This document shows positions 21,556 to 34,704 of a stretch of 64,000 nucleotides of DNA, in pieces. A program made the position numbers and the translations under genes. Source of the DNA: Macrostomum lignano (Eukaryota); the NCBI GenBank assembly GCA_002269645.1, contig NIVC01002273.1, forward strand, positions 19,046 to 83,045, read 5' to 3'. The notes beneath the pieces were generated by a model. The model did no database searches and was not told where the DNA came from. It saw only the letters and a list, made by a program, of their open reading frames with translations. Positions within the stretch are counted from its first letter, which is position 1. Every line of letters starts with the position of its first letter.

Positions 21556-22633
21556 TGTAGAATCAAAAAAATAATATCTTGTAAGAGTCGAGAGTGTAAA
21601 AAAGTTAACGGAATTAGTTTTGCTTTGGAAGTACGATGAATGTAGCTTTAAGTCAGGTTTATTTACGAATATTAAACATGGAGCTTTGAGCAATAAAGAA
21701 ATTAATTTTATCTACTATTTTAGTCTCAATATAACTTTAATCAGCAAAACTGATTTTCGGTAGAGGGTTGAAAACTCTAGTGTTGAATAAAAAAAGGCAG
21801 CAGTACCAGTTATTTTACAACAGGTGCATCAAGAAAATGAGAAAAGGCACATCTTAACAACAGACTGCTCAATATGAAAATGCAGTTTTGAGACTATAAA
21901 ATAGAACAAAAATAAAATAACAGGGCACTGTTTGACTTGGCCTTTTGATGAAAACTCAATCGATAAAATGACCACTAAAGCACATTATTTCTGGCGTGAA
22001 CTCGCCAAACGGGGAAGAAAGAACACAATTTGAATACAATATTCAGCACCACAGCTGCAACTTGACGTGTGCACAGAGTTTCAAGTGCCAATGTTATCGC
22101 GTTCTGTGGAAAAATGTCATGTCAGTACATTTTTTTGGCTAGTAGTTTGCCAGATAATAGTTTGGTTCAGTCTCAATTCGATATAAAGCAGTAACGCAAA
22201 CAAGCTATCAATGCTGCATCATTTAAAAACAAAACACCACAATATAACAGCAACCTGACGTGGCGTACGCTAGCAATTCAAGATCAGCGACGAGCGAAGT
22301 CACCAATGCGACACTGCATCGACTCCGTTGGCGACCCCAGCTTGCAGGCCACATCATCCGCACTGAGTCGTACTGCTCACAACCGGCGCAAGAGGTGCTA
22401 CTACTAGCAAACAGCAAATCATAGATATGCAATTGGAAAACAATCAATACAATACGAAGAAAAAACGAATCGTGGTGATAGATAATGCAGCCTAATAGAC
22501 ACTTCGATTATATAGACTAATTGCTCAGTTTACTGATTTCTAATTTAGTATTACTAATATGCTGTACTTTAATATAATATGTATTAACACACAAAAAAAG
22601 ATATATTAAAAAATATGGCACAATTTTTTTATA

Positions 22634-24027
22634 AAAGGGTGACCAAAGATTTCTGCAACCTACTCTTTTGTACAGTCGTTTTGACTGCATCAAATAGAAT
22701 TTGAATTCTACACACCGATGGTTAATTTTGTTATTAACTTGTGTGTGGAGCGTTGTTCAGATTCATGGATTAGTTTTAGTGTGGCTGAACTCCGACTATT
22801 TACAGTTTTCAGCTTCTGCATGGAACCTTCCAAAGACCCATATTTGCTTCTCATCTTTATGCGTATGCAGCTGGGCTAAAGATCTGTGGACATCCAGGCC
22901 AATTTGGCTTCAGTCTTTTTCCTGAATCTGCACCGTCTTTTGACACCGTCGCGCGCTGGTTGCGTCACTTTTCCGACGGTCAATTGAGCGTCCAAGACAC
23001 GACCCTGTCTGGGACGGTCAATTGAGCGTCCAAGACACGACCCTGTCTGGGCGACATCGAAAATCCTTCATTGTGCGCGAGGATCAAAGCGTGACGCTGA
23101 GATTCCTTGTCTATGAGCTCGGTTTGAGCTATGGTAGCGCCCACAACATCATGCATGAGCAGCTTGGCCGCACAAAGACCTGCGTGACAGACGACAAATG
23201 ATGAATTTCCTTCTTCACAATAAAGGACAAGCAGCCCAAGGGGGTGTGGTTGACCAAAGATGAGCCCAGGCCTGAGGTCGTGAAGACCAGTTTCAGAAGC
23301 AGGAAGGGAATGTTCACCATTTTCTTTAACTCTCAGGGTGTTGTGGCAGTGGGCATCCTTCCTGAGGGCAGCGCTATGACTGCCAAGTATTACACTGAAA
23401 CGATGCTGCCAGATGTGCTGCAGGAGAGGCGGCAGCAGGCAAGAACTTGGCATGGTGCCAGGCTGCTGCTGCACCACGACAATGCGGCATCGTACTGCTG
23501 CTGCAACTCAGGCATTTCTGGAGCAGCATAGGGTTTCATTTGCTGCCTCACTCACTCTACTGGCCAGACCTCGCCCCTGCACATTTTGGCTCTTCCAGAA
23601 GCTGAAGTCCGCAAGTTCTGGGAAGCCGTTTTCGCGCATTTAAGACCTGGCTCGAACGGTCAAAGCAGAACTGGAGAGGGTGCCCACATCGGAGTGCATA
23701 CATGCGCAACCTTGGGAATCACTCGGCCGTCTCTACTGGCAACACACACATGTAAGTCGCTATTGGCTGAAAGCAGTCACGTGACTACTATTCCGTCCAA
23801 TAGCGACTCACATGTGTGTGTTGCCAATAGAAACGGCCGGGTGAATCCCTAGGTTGCGCCCGAGCATGTCGGAGTGCCTCAGCTGCTTTCAGGTTTGGTG
23901 GATACAGCTGCAGCGATGCATAGAAGCATATTTCCCCTCATGAGGGGAAATACTTTTAGTGCAAAACTTTTTTCATGGACATTTTAATTTTAGAAAAGTC
24001 ACTTGCAGAACTTTTTGATCACCCCTT
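22634..24027 (+). mobile_element. Decayed mariner (DD34D-type) transposon, about 1.39 kb
   Basis: Imperfect 25-bp TIRs (22634-22658, 24003-24027). Broken transposase frames with GMFTIFFNSQGVV, LLHHDNA and WPDLAPCTFWLFQKLK. Internal 38-bp tandem duplication at 22976-23051. Confidence 0.85.
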
Positions 24028-24046
24028 GCATTTGCATTTGTTGTGT

Positions 24047-24727
24047 CTAACGATGTCGTTGCCGTTGACTGCAGTTAGTCGGACCTGGCTGTTTCAGCAT
24101 GCTGCGAAATCTTTTATGATTCGCACGCAACAGATTTGGATATTTTGAAGGTCCCAGTTGCCTGCGTGGATCGAACCTTCGTTGATGCTTTTTTTGACCG
24201 CAGTGCTTCAATGTTGCTAGCAGAAATTTTTTAGCAAGAATCGGGCCTAGCCGCTCATGTGGCTGTGCATCAGATAGAGACGGCAGCAATTCTTGAGCGA
24301 CGATTGGCCCTGGCAGCAATTCTTGAGCGACGATTGGCCCTGGCAGCAATTCTTGAGCGACGATTGGCCCTGGCAGCAATTCTTGAGCGACGATTGGCCC
24401 TGGCAGCAATTCTTGAGCGACGATTGGCCCTGGCAGCAATTCTTGAGCGACGATTGGCCCTGGCAGCAATTCTTGAGCGACGATTGGCCCTGGCAGCTCA
24501 AAAGGCGCCTGTACATCGGGTAGTTGTTGCTCAGACACAGCATCCGAGGTTTCTGTTGAAAAGGGCAGCCAGAGTTCAAATGGGTACAGCCAATCGTTCT
24601 CAGACACAGCATCCGAGGCTTCTGTAGACAAGGATAGCCAGGGTTCCTGTAGCCATGGGTACAAAAGCGGGTCTTCCTCCGACTCCAACAATATTGGAGG
24701 ATCTTCATCAGCAGGCTGGTCGGCCAT
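24047..24727 (-). CDS. Orphan ORF (226 aa): acidic N-terminus, 10-aa repeats, basic C-terminus
   Basis: ATG at 24727 just after an acceptor-like TTTCTTTTCAG; open through non-repeat flanks on both sides of the array. No family recognised. Confidence 0.3.
   Translation of the reverse strand: MADQPADEDPPILLESEEDPLLYPWLQEPWLSLSTEASDAVSENDWLYPFELWLPFSTETSDAVSEQQLPDVQAPFELPGPIVAQELLPGPIVAQELLPGPIVAQELLPGPIVAQELLPGPIVAQELLPGPIVAQELLPGPIVAQELLPSLSDAQPHERLGPILAKKFLLATLKHCGQKKHQRRFDPRRQLGPSKYPNLLRANHKRFRSMLKQPGPTNCSQRQRHR
24282..24497. repeat. 30-bp minisatellite (7 copies)
   Basis: Unit GGCAGCAATTCTTGAGCGACGATTGGCCCT. Confidence 0.95.
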
Positions 24728-26469
24728 GTCTGAAAAGAAATGGTAAACAAACCATACTTGCATTTCTTAGTTATTCCATTACTTTTATGCTCCAGAAGCT
24801 ATATGAGATCATCTTTGCGATTGGGATTAATATTCAAGTTTACACACTGTTTCCATAAAAAGGCTCAACTTAGGATAAACAAGTTTTCTATTGCTTGATT
24901 TTTTTAACACTGCAAAACCTAGCAATAGTTGGTTTACTCAATGATAGTGAAGTCACAGCTGAACTTCTAGACTATAAATGTTCTGCCACTTGTCTAATAT
25001 TATAGGCCAATATATTGAACCAGTTAAAAGTTAAGGCAATTGGTGATATACAATATAGATTAGAGATAATATGAACAAACATATCTTGATGCTGCATTTT
25101 TTATACCTAACAATCATACTTTGCACATTTAGTCCAGAGTGGGACAATTGAGTTTAAATTTAGAGTCACTTATTATAATTATTAATCATATATTTTTGAT
25201 ATTATATAATGATATATAGGTGCCAGTCATTTTATTGAATACCTGTTTGTCAAATGCAGTTTGTCATAATATTTGTTTCCATATCCAATTTCCAATTGGT
25301 GTCCATACCTAATGCATAAGTCATTTCTGGCCTATTGGCTTTTAGGTGGCAACTAAATATCAATATATTATTGTTTAAGTAATTTAATTATAAAGTTTAA
25401 TTATTCTAACAAGGTTATTTTTTCTTAAGTAAAATAGTGGGTTAGCATTCAGTAAATAGGTGGCCAAACCATTAGTTGTAGGCTAGAATCATAGTGCCAC
25501 TATGATAGCCATTATTTTTGTAAAACTTTACAATAAAGTTACAAAAAAGTCAGGTAAAACTCTACAAATTGAAAAATCTTATTCAGCTAAGTATTCAACT
25601 ATCTAGTCCATATGAATTATTAAGATTAGAAAGGCAGAGCCTAACAAAGCTGCCTCCTAAATTGATACTCAAATGTAGCATCAATTACTATGGAGGTCAG
25701 TAGCAATGCTCCAATAAAAGCTTGTAGCAAATTGCTAACATGATCCAGTGCTAGCAAGGAGTGGCAACTTAGGCAAAAGTAAAAAATAAGTGAAAAAGAC
25801 AAACCAAAAGAACATTTATTGTTGCTTTCCCCAGTCTTTCTTGACCTAGCAAACTTAAATTAACAAAATTGGCAAACTTAAATGGCAACTTATCTAGTTA
25901 CCAATCTTCTAGTTGCAAGCCTTTGGCTAGAGAATTTCATGATTTCTGTTCTCTTTGTATTTTTTACAGGGTTTTATTTTCTTTTTTGTCCTATACTCTA
26001 TCCTCTTTTATTTTTTTTGCATTTGATTTATTAGAAAGACATATGAAGTAATAAAGCATGAACCCATTCAATATTAATGACATGGCCATTGGCACTCTAT
26101 AAGATTTATTGACATGGCTGCTGTCTTTGTATAAAACATTTTATATTGAAGGAAGGCCCCATAATACAAACATGGCCACCATGTCTATAACCTTTAATAT
26201 TATAGACATAGTGGCCTCTATAGTCAGGATCATGTCAACTGTGTGCCAAAATATTTTTTTTAATAAAAAAAGATATGTGCACCATTCGCCATAAAGAGAT
26301 TTACCTTGCGCCAAATTTTAGTCAAATTTCAAATGTAATTTGAAATTGTCTCATAATGGATATTGTCTATTGGAAGGAGACATTATTTCAAATGTAAAAA
26401 GAAGTGTCATGCCAAACATAAAGAAGCCACTATAAAGCTAAGGAAATTGTTGCACTAGCTAATTGCTAT

Positions 26470-27090
26470 CTGATTGATGCTTGCTATTAGGGGGATGCTT
26501 GCTATTGGAAGGATGCTTGCTATCTAGGGTAACTTGCTATTGGGGGATGCTTGCTCTTGGGGGATAGAGGGTACTTGCTATCTGAGAGGGGGTTGCAAGC
26601 TATCTAAGGATTCTTTGTATCTAGGGATGCTTGCTATCTGTGGTTACTTGCTATCAGGGGATGCTTTCTATCTGGGGTTGCTTGCTATTGGGAGATGCTT
26701 GCTATCTGGGGGATACTTGCTATCTGAGGGATGCTTGCTATCTGGGGGATGCTTGCTATTTGGGAGATGCTTGCTATCTGAGGGATGCTTGCTATCTGGG
26801 GGATGCTTGCTATTTGGGAGATGCTTGCTATCTCAGGGATGCTTGCTATCTGGGGGATGCTTGCTATTTGGGGGATGCTTGCTATCTGGGGGATGCTTGC
26901 TATCTGGAGGATGCTTGCTACTAGGGTATGCTTGCTATCTAGTGGATGCTTGCTATCTGGGGGATGCTTGCTATCTGGGGTAAGCTTGCTATCTGGGGTA
27001 TGCTTGCTATCTAGGAGATGCTTGCATGCTATCTAGGAGATGCTTGCATGCTATTTGGGGATGCTTGCTATTGGGGGATGCTTGATATTG
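26470..27090. repeat. Degenerate 18-bp minisatellite
   Basis: Unit GGGGATGCTTGCTATCTG; CpG-free. Confidence 0.9.
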
Positions 27091-29346
27091 GGGAGGCAAG
27101 AGGCTTTTTAGAGGGAATGTCTGTTGTCTTTGTGAAGGCTCTTTTTGCTATCTTTTTGTTACTTGTAGAGAATAGAGATTCTATCTAGATATCCTCCATT
27201 GGGAGGCAAAGATTGCTAGTTAGAGTCTAAAAATATGAAACAAATTAGCAAATTAACAGTTCATGTATAGTGGTACTAATAGAAAAATTATTTGTTATAG
27301 TCAATTGCTACTCTAAAACTAGCCATATCTCTGTAGGTGGCACAATCTAACTTGACTTTTGAGGCTACTAGTCATCTAGCTATCTAGTCTATCTAGTCTA
27401 AAATCAGAAAAGTAAGCAATGGCTAGACTTGAATCTAGTATTGATAACTTGGCAATTAATTTTTTATTCTTAAATGCTCTTTATGAATGCACTTTAAAGG
27501 CCCCCTGCATTATCATAGCTTTTTGACCATAGACATTTTCATGCTTTGAGCATGTAAAAAATTTTTTTTAAAGAATTCTTGATATATCAGTGCAAAAATT
27601 TAAATGTTATATAGATTTGTCCTAGATAAATTAGGCTTACTTAGTTGCACTATTGCCAAACATTAAAATAACTACCCTCATGTCATAAAGTGGCCATTGA
27701 CTAGGCCTATAGCAGACAAGTTTGTACTAGTATATATTATTTTATTACATTATTAATTTGTTCACTTGCTTCTTTTTATATTTTGGACTCTAAAAATAGA
27801 AAACCAAATTCTAATAAAAATTATTCAATAAACAATTCTATAGGTCAAGGTATACTTCATATATCAAGCATGCAAAACAAAAAAATTGACCAAGAAAGGC
27901 ACATAGAATAGAGGATTTTTTGTCAGAATAGCACCAGGGTCAGGATTGTATACCACTATATACTAGAACAAAAATTGCTTCCAAAGCTCATGTATGCCAA
28001 TGTATGCCAACAAACTTTTTATTGCATGTAAAAATATGCCAAAAAAATTACAAATTACAACCAATATTAACAGCTTGCAAAATTTTAATATTTAAAAAAA
28101 ATAATAATGTGGTTAAACTGGCAATGGTAATTTTTTACTAAACTATATAAGATTAGTTCATTTTAACTATCTTTGTTTTACTTTTAACTTCTTGGAAAAG
28201 TTAAACCCAGTTTTTTAAATTTAGTTTTCCATTTTTTCATAAAAAAGACATTGTAAAAGGCCAGCTATTCTTTCTTATCAAAATTTAGCTAGGCCTACTA
28301 CAACTATATATATGGAGATTTTTCCAAATTTAAACTTATTCATTTTTATGCTAATTGTATAGATTAATTAGAGGTCAGACAGGATTGAAATCTTTGGGAA
28401 GGATAGGGATTGGAAATAATTTTTTTTCTTAGGATCAGGATTTGGGAATTGGGATCAGGTCTTTTAGTATATTATAGTTTGTAAGTCCATATAAAGGTAA
28501 ACAAAATTGAGCAAAAAATGTCAAGATCAAAAGTGAAATGCAACAAAAGTCAAAATTGATACAATGTTCTGTAATCAACAAAGTAATAATGTAATAAATA
28601 CAAGTTAAAAAAATATATTGAGTAATCACTAATTCTATCAACTTTTGATCAAAAGACCTGTTCCTGATTCTTGTGTTTTTTAGGGTTGGGATCCTGGTCC
28701 CATTGGAATACAATTTTCCTCAGGATCCTAGGATTTTGGGATTGGGATCCCATCTAAACTCAAAGATTGATTGGGACTCGGAACTTCTAGTCCCATCTAC
28801 TATCTTGGCAATCTATATATGCCAAGCTGAATACCAAAAGGGCACATATACATGCCCAATACCTATCCAACCTGTTCGAACTAGACAGGTCAAATGGCCG
28901 CTGGCCAAGGTAGGTTGCAAAATTGAAAATACAAAAAAGGAAAAATTGGGAGAAAAAAGAAAGGAGAGGAAGAGAAAAAGAAAAAGGCAAGAAAAGTCAT
29001 TTACAAAGTGAAGATTAAGTTGCAATCAAGAGGAACTAAGTTGCAATTGGAAGAAACTAAGTCACAATTGGGAGAAACTAAGTTGCACTAGACAGGATAT
29101 ATTTTGAGGTGGTGCATGTATGAGGGCACACCAGGCCAAGCCCGGCGGCAATAGTGCAGTTATCGTTCGCGAAATTATTTTTCGTTTAAATTTGAAAGTT
29201 CACAACGAGAAAACAATAACAACGATAAAAATTGATATTTTAAACCATTCTAACGATTGTGGCAGAGTTTTTAGCTCCCTGGTTGCCGAACTTGCCAACT
29301 CGTCATTGTGTTGTAGTGGCAGATACAGAGCTTGTCACTGGGCACT

Positions 29347-30317
29347 TTAGTAGTGGCGAATCCAGAAAAGCATGTTTCCGAAAGCCCTGTTTGCTCCAAA
29401 CAGTCAGCGCCACATAAACTCCTGGATGTGGCTCTCGAAGAAGGCATCGCTTGTTCCATGCATAGCCCTGAATTTGGCCTTGCAATGCACCCACGTTCCC
29501 TCAATCGTGTTGGTGTGGAGAGTCGCATCATTTGGGTCCACGAAATGGAGTCGATGGTTCACGACACCGTGGTCTCCGTAGCCACCAACTACATTCGCCA
29601 CTTGGTTGTAGGCTTGCCAACCATCAGTCAAGATCCGTGTGCCAGACAGGACAAACTGCTGGATTATAGGAAGCAGTGTCTGAGCAGACCTGTCAGGCAC
29701 AACAACCATCACACACTTGGGGCTACCCCTTTCTACCATGCCAAGGACCTAATGACCCTCACAGTATGCACCCTGCTGGTATTTGCGATGAAAAAAATTG
29801 CTTTCATCGATTTCAATTCAACAGTAGTGCCAGGTCCACCAAGTTGCATCGGGTGGTCAATGAAGTACTGGCAGCAAATGTCCCTGACAAAGTTGAGCCA
29901 GTCCACAGCTGTATGATCACTAACGCGACACTCGTGCATCACGGCCATCTTGGTCTCATTCCTGGCCCAGCAGTACAGCAAGGTGACAAGCTGCTGCAGT
30001 GTCAGGTGACTACGCTCAAAGAAAGAGTCCTTCCTGATGCTTTGCTGACTGCAGCAAGTCTTGCAGTCCCAGGCCCAGCCATCTACAAAGCGATCACCAG
30101 CTCGACGCTGCAGGTTCATGGGGGTCTGGGCTGGACAGGAGCATGTACGTTGGTTGCCGATAAGCCCAACCTTGGCCATCCAGCGCATTGTATCCTCCGG
30201 CGTTGCCGTGGCAGCCATCAGGTCGCGCGCATTTAGCTCTAGTTGCGGTAGAGCATTTGCTAGCAGCATTTCATTCGGCGGAATTATCCACGAGGGTCTT
30301 GGTGGTCGTCCAGCCAT
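29347..30317 (-). pseudogene. Merlin transposase pseudogene
   Basis: Zn-finger cysteines, LGGPGTTVE/IDES, DRSAQTLLPII, TDGWQAY, VNHRLHFVDP, HTNTIEGTW and EFMWR. Frameshift near 29815, TAG at 29749-29751 and TGA at 29404-29406. Confidence 0.88.
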
Positions 30318-30361
30318 GATACAAAATGTTGTTCAAAAAAACAAATATTACACCTTTTCAC

Positions 30362-30555
30362 GTTCAATTTTGATCAAAGTCCAGTTCTAAAAAACTAGCG
30401 GAAATTCAATTCAGACTGAGGATAATTTTGTCTATGGCTAAACCTTACTTCGGTTAGAAATGTTTTGAGCTGGAATTAGACTGGGCCCCAGTCTAAATTG
30501 TCTGAATTGAATTTCCGCTAGTTTTTTTAGAACTGGACTTTGATCAAAATTGAAC
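30362..30555. repeat. Inverted repeat (about 56-bp arms) inside the Merlin element
   Basis: 30362-30417 is close to the reverse complement of 30500-30555. Confidence 0.8.
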
Positions 30556-31662
30556 ATGAAAAGGTGTAGCAGCTTTTCAGCAAAAGGGAAATAGTTCAAG
30601 CCCCCCCCCCACTTGAGCCCCTTTCGATTTTTTAAGATATTTTTTCCATAGACAACTTGCGTTTTAAGTAGCATTCGAGCGTGTAACAGATTTAATGAAA
30701 AAAGTATATTAATAGAGCGCCCATTTGCTTTTAAGTTCCGCGACCAGTGAGCTCTGGCACAGTCGCTAGAATGGTTTAAAACATTGTTGCTATTGTTTTC
30801 TGGTTTCGAACTTTCAAATTTAAACGAAAAATAATTTCGCGAACGAAACTGCACTATTGCCGGTTTATCCATATGCATATTTAATTTAATTTGTTCTTTT
30901 TGCACAAAACTCGATATTTACTTTTGTTTGGGATGAATTTTATCCTGGTCAGCTAGTCTATAGGATAGCCCTATTCTCCTCTATACACTATATATTTGGC
31001 ATCAAAGTAGGCCTAACATGTAACTGAAATGGATGACCCCAAAATGACTGTTACCAAAGTAGTGCCTAGGACAAAAAATTGTAAATAACAAATAGGCCCT
31101 ACATTCTAGGCCTATAAACAGTTCAGAATGACAAAGTCTAGTTAGGCGACTAGGCGTATTTGATATTGTTAATGTTAGCAATTAAAGCATCAGTAGGCCT
31201 ATTATGCCATTAGGTTTGCAGCAGCAAGTAACACACCTTTACTTGATTGGTTGACAGTAGACAGCAGACAGGTAGGTTATTAGATAATTAGATAAATTAG
31301 TAGTAGTTTCGGTTACAGTCCATTTCGGCGAAAAACCATTTCGGAGAATCGGCGAATGCAATGACCACTTCGGCGAACGATATGGCTAATATAGTTTATT
31401 TAACTTTATATAATTGGATTTTAAAAGTATTGAATAACTACAACTCAAAATTAGGTGCTCAAAATTACTACAACTTTTATCGCCTTTGTTGTACTTTCTT
31501 AACACAGAATATAGTCAGTCCGCTCTTAATTAATGTTCTATAATTTATGTTCTAATTCATATTGAATTTCAATTATATTCCATAATCTCAGATTTAATCC
31601 GTACGTAAGATTATTCGGAAATGCATGTAGTAACAATTAAATGTACATATGTACTTAAAACG

Positions 31663-32227
31663 GGTTGCTTTCCCAACCGCTAAATCACCTACTTTCATAA
31701 ACGTGAAACTTCATATCCGCGAAACTTCACAACCGCTAATTTTTTGCAGTCACTTTCATAAACGCGAAACTTCACAAACGCGAAACTTCACAACCGCTAA
31801 ATCACCCACTTTCATAAGCGCGAAACTTCACAAACGCGAAACTTCACAACCACTAAATGTCATTTACTTTCATAACCGCGAAACTTCACAACCGCTAAAA
31901 ATTTTGCACATACTTTCATATACTGCAGTCTTTTTAGCGGTTGTGAAGTTTCGCGGTTATGAAGTTTCGCGGTTGTGAAGTTTCGTGTTTGTGAAAGTGA
32001 CAGCAAAAAATTTAGCGGTTGTGAATTGTTTCGCGTTTATGAAATTTAGCGCTTATGAAAGTAGGTGATTTAGCGGTTGTGAACTTTCGCGGTTGTGAAG
32101 TTTCGCGTTTATGAAAGTGACTGCAAAAAAAATTAGCGGTTGTGAAGTTTCGCGTTTGTGAAGTTTCGCGTTTATGAAAGCAAGTGCTTTTAGCGGTTAT
32201 GAAATTTCACGTTTGTGAAACCCACCC
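31663..32227. mobile_element. Foldback-type non-autonomous element nested in the Mutator element
   Basis: Left array of CGCGAAACTTCACAACCGCTAA mirrored by its reverse complement. TSD CTTAAAACG at 31654-31662 and 32228-32236. Confidence 0.85.
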
Positions 32228-32549
32228 CTTAAAACGTCCACTTTTAAGTTCGAGTTCGACTTGTTTCGACTTTGACAGAGTTCGGATTTGTCAAGGTCGA
32301 ACTCAAATCAGGAAAAAAATTGTGCCTTTAGTACATATGCACTTTATTGGTTCCGAAATTACATGTACATGCATGTTATTACATGTAAATGTACATATAG
32401 AGCAGCAGGTATACAGCATACGAATTTTTGAGCTTACGTTTTATACACACGAGCTCGTAAAGCATGAGAATAGCATGAATTGTCAATTGCTGGGTAGCGC
32501 ACGTATTCGTTATTACTGAAATGATCACGGCACATTCAGTTTGCTACAG

Positions 32550-34704
32550 CCTATAGGCGTGCAGCAGCTGCGTAGCGGTACGCAGACCAGTTTCGTACTC
32601 TGCCCAGCGTGACGCAAACTTCATCTGGCGCTTGAGATAAGCTGCTCGTTCAACTCGTCGAGCAGCGCCTTGTGCTAACAATCGGCTCTCCACGAAGACC
32701 AGACGGGCCTCTTCATGAAGCAACCGGACCAGAAGGTAAAAGCTGGCAGCTGGCCTTGTTGAGCACGAGCGTTCAGTCTTAGCTGTGCCACCCTTCGACG
32801 TCGTTGTTAGTGCGCACACTTTCACCAAACACAGAGAGGCTTTCGAGTGGGAATATGTCGCTGACTCGCTGGTGATCCACGTGTTCTGACAAAATGAAGT
32901 CAAATGAGTCAAATGCTATGTGTAAGAGAATTTACAGTGTAACTGACGACTTTAAAAAACATTTTTGGTTTTGAGTGTACAGTAGGGTGTACATACAAAT
33001 TTTGAAAGGGCAACTATCTTTAGCAATTAATTGGATTTTACATTCATATATACAGTACTGTTTCAGGTACATTATAAATTCTGTAATAGATAGATTAATT
33101 ACCTGAACATACATGTAGTTGCAAAGTGCCGTAAGCTGTGGCGAAGAAGCAGGTTGACCTGCGGCGGCCAGTGTTGCGCGCAAGCCGTAGAATTGCTGCT
33201 GCCATCTCGTGATGAGGCAGAAATGGAAGCGCCATAAGTTTCCGACAGAAACTCTGGGTGTCGTCATCCGCCTTGCTTAGGCTTTGTACATATGACGCCA
33301 AACCGCCTGGGTGAAGTGAAAAACGCACTCCCCTGATGCGGCCGCCTGGATAAGTTTTACGCAAGGCTCGCCACAAGCTTCGGCCTCGTAATCAAGAATA
33401 AGTTTCTTAGGCCTGTCAGAAGGGAGAGTAGGTTTTTTAATTATAAAATTTTTTCTCACAACTAAAATTTGAGTTTTTGTTGGGTCGGTAGAATTGTACG
33501 CCTCGTACATGTATATAATAATGCTCTGTACATACTTGCCCATGCACAGCATTACAGGTGGCAAAAATAGTACTTACGAAGCACATGAGATGAGCTCTTC
33601 AATAGCCTTCAGAACCTTGCGGTAATCCTTCCGTCGCTTGCCTGACATCAGCACAAACAGCAGAGGCACTTGCTTCCGATTTTCCTCATGGCCCATGATA
33701 AAAGCCTGGATGGTGTACAGCTGAACGAAGGGTTTTTTACCACGTGGAAAGTCTCATCCATGAACCAGTCTTGCGCTTGCGCAAGCATTGTTAGGCCTTC
33801 GTTCGTTGCAAAGATGATGCGGCGCCGAACTCCCGAGTGAACATCTCTCTGCAGAAAACCTGCCGGCAGAGCGTTCTCCTGCAGTTCAAACTGAAGATCG
33901 TTTGGTTCCTCAGAGCGCTCGTTCTTACGCTGTCTATTTGCCGTACGTGCCAGAAGGTTGGGGTTCGGCATCGATGGCCCAGTCTGTGAAAGTTTAAAAG
34001 TTTGTTTTTTGTATACATTTATCTATACCTTTTAAAATAAAAACACTATATGGGCTTGGTTCGCTATGGACTCGATCCCAAGCCGCTGAACCAATGGAGA
34101 GAGGAGAAGGAAGAGAGGCGATCGAGAAGAGAGAGGAGAGAGGAGGGTGCAGAGATAAGAGAAAAGAGTAGAGAGGAGAGTGGATGGAGAATAAAGGAGA
34201 GAGGAGAGACGAGAGAGGAGAGTTGAGAGGAAAGAGAAGAGGGGATAGAGCGGATAGGAGAGATGCATGTAAGAGAGTAGAAAGAAGAGATTCTTCAAAG
34301 GCTACTAGTTCCCGGGATTGGAAATTCAGCGGGTTTGAAATCCGTGGGTTTTAACATCTTGTAGTATAATATATAGTGCACAATAATATACCCGAAACTC
34401 CTGCAGCACATCAAGCGTCTCTTCCTTTGCAATCTGGACTGCAGATAGAAATGGATTCCACAATGCGCCGCTTCAGCCGCGCTCGCTCCACAGGCCTGTG
34501 GAGAGGCAAATGACACTGCAGAACGAAACGTTTGCTGAAGGCTTCTCCGCGCTGCACAACTGTTGCACTGCAAGTTTGGTGTCCATTGCGAAGTGCACTC
34601 CGCCAATATTTTTTTGCCTTTGACAAACTTGAACTGGCCATCAACGACAAGAATGTCGCGATTCTTGGTCGAGCCGCTAGACACAATTTGAAACTCTGGA
34701 GCAT
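32550..34704 (-). pseudogene. FLYWCH plus MULE transposase pseudogene (fragmented, probably intron-containing)
   Basis: ILVVDGQFKF / KKYWRS..TCSATV..H (FLYWCH-like); WFMDETFHVV; QLYTIQAF..QVPLLFVLM; ILDYEAE..CVFHFTQAVWR; RKLMALPFLP; RTNNDVEGWH in shifted frames. Confidence 0.82.

Larger units (their letters stand above)
29147..30861 (-). mobile_element. Merlin (IS1016/IS1595-related) DNA transposon, 1715 bp
   Basis: TIRs GGCAATAGTGCAGTT(A)TCGTTCGCGAAATTATTTTTCGTTTAAATTTGAAAGTTC, with imperfect matching extending further inward. No TSD found. Confidence 0.88.
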
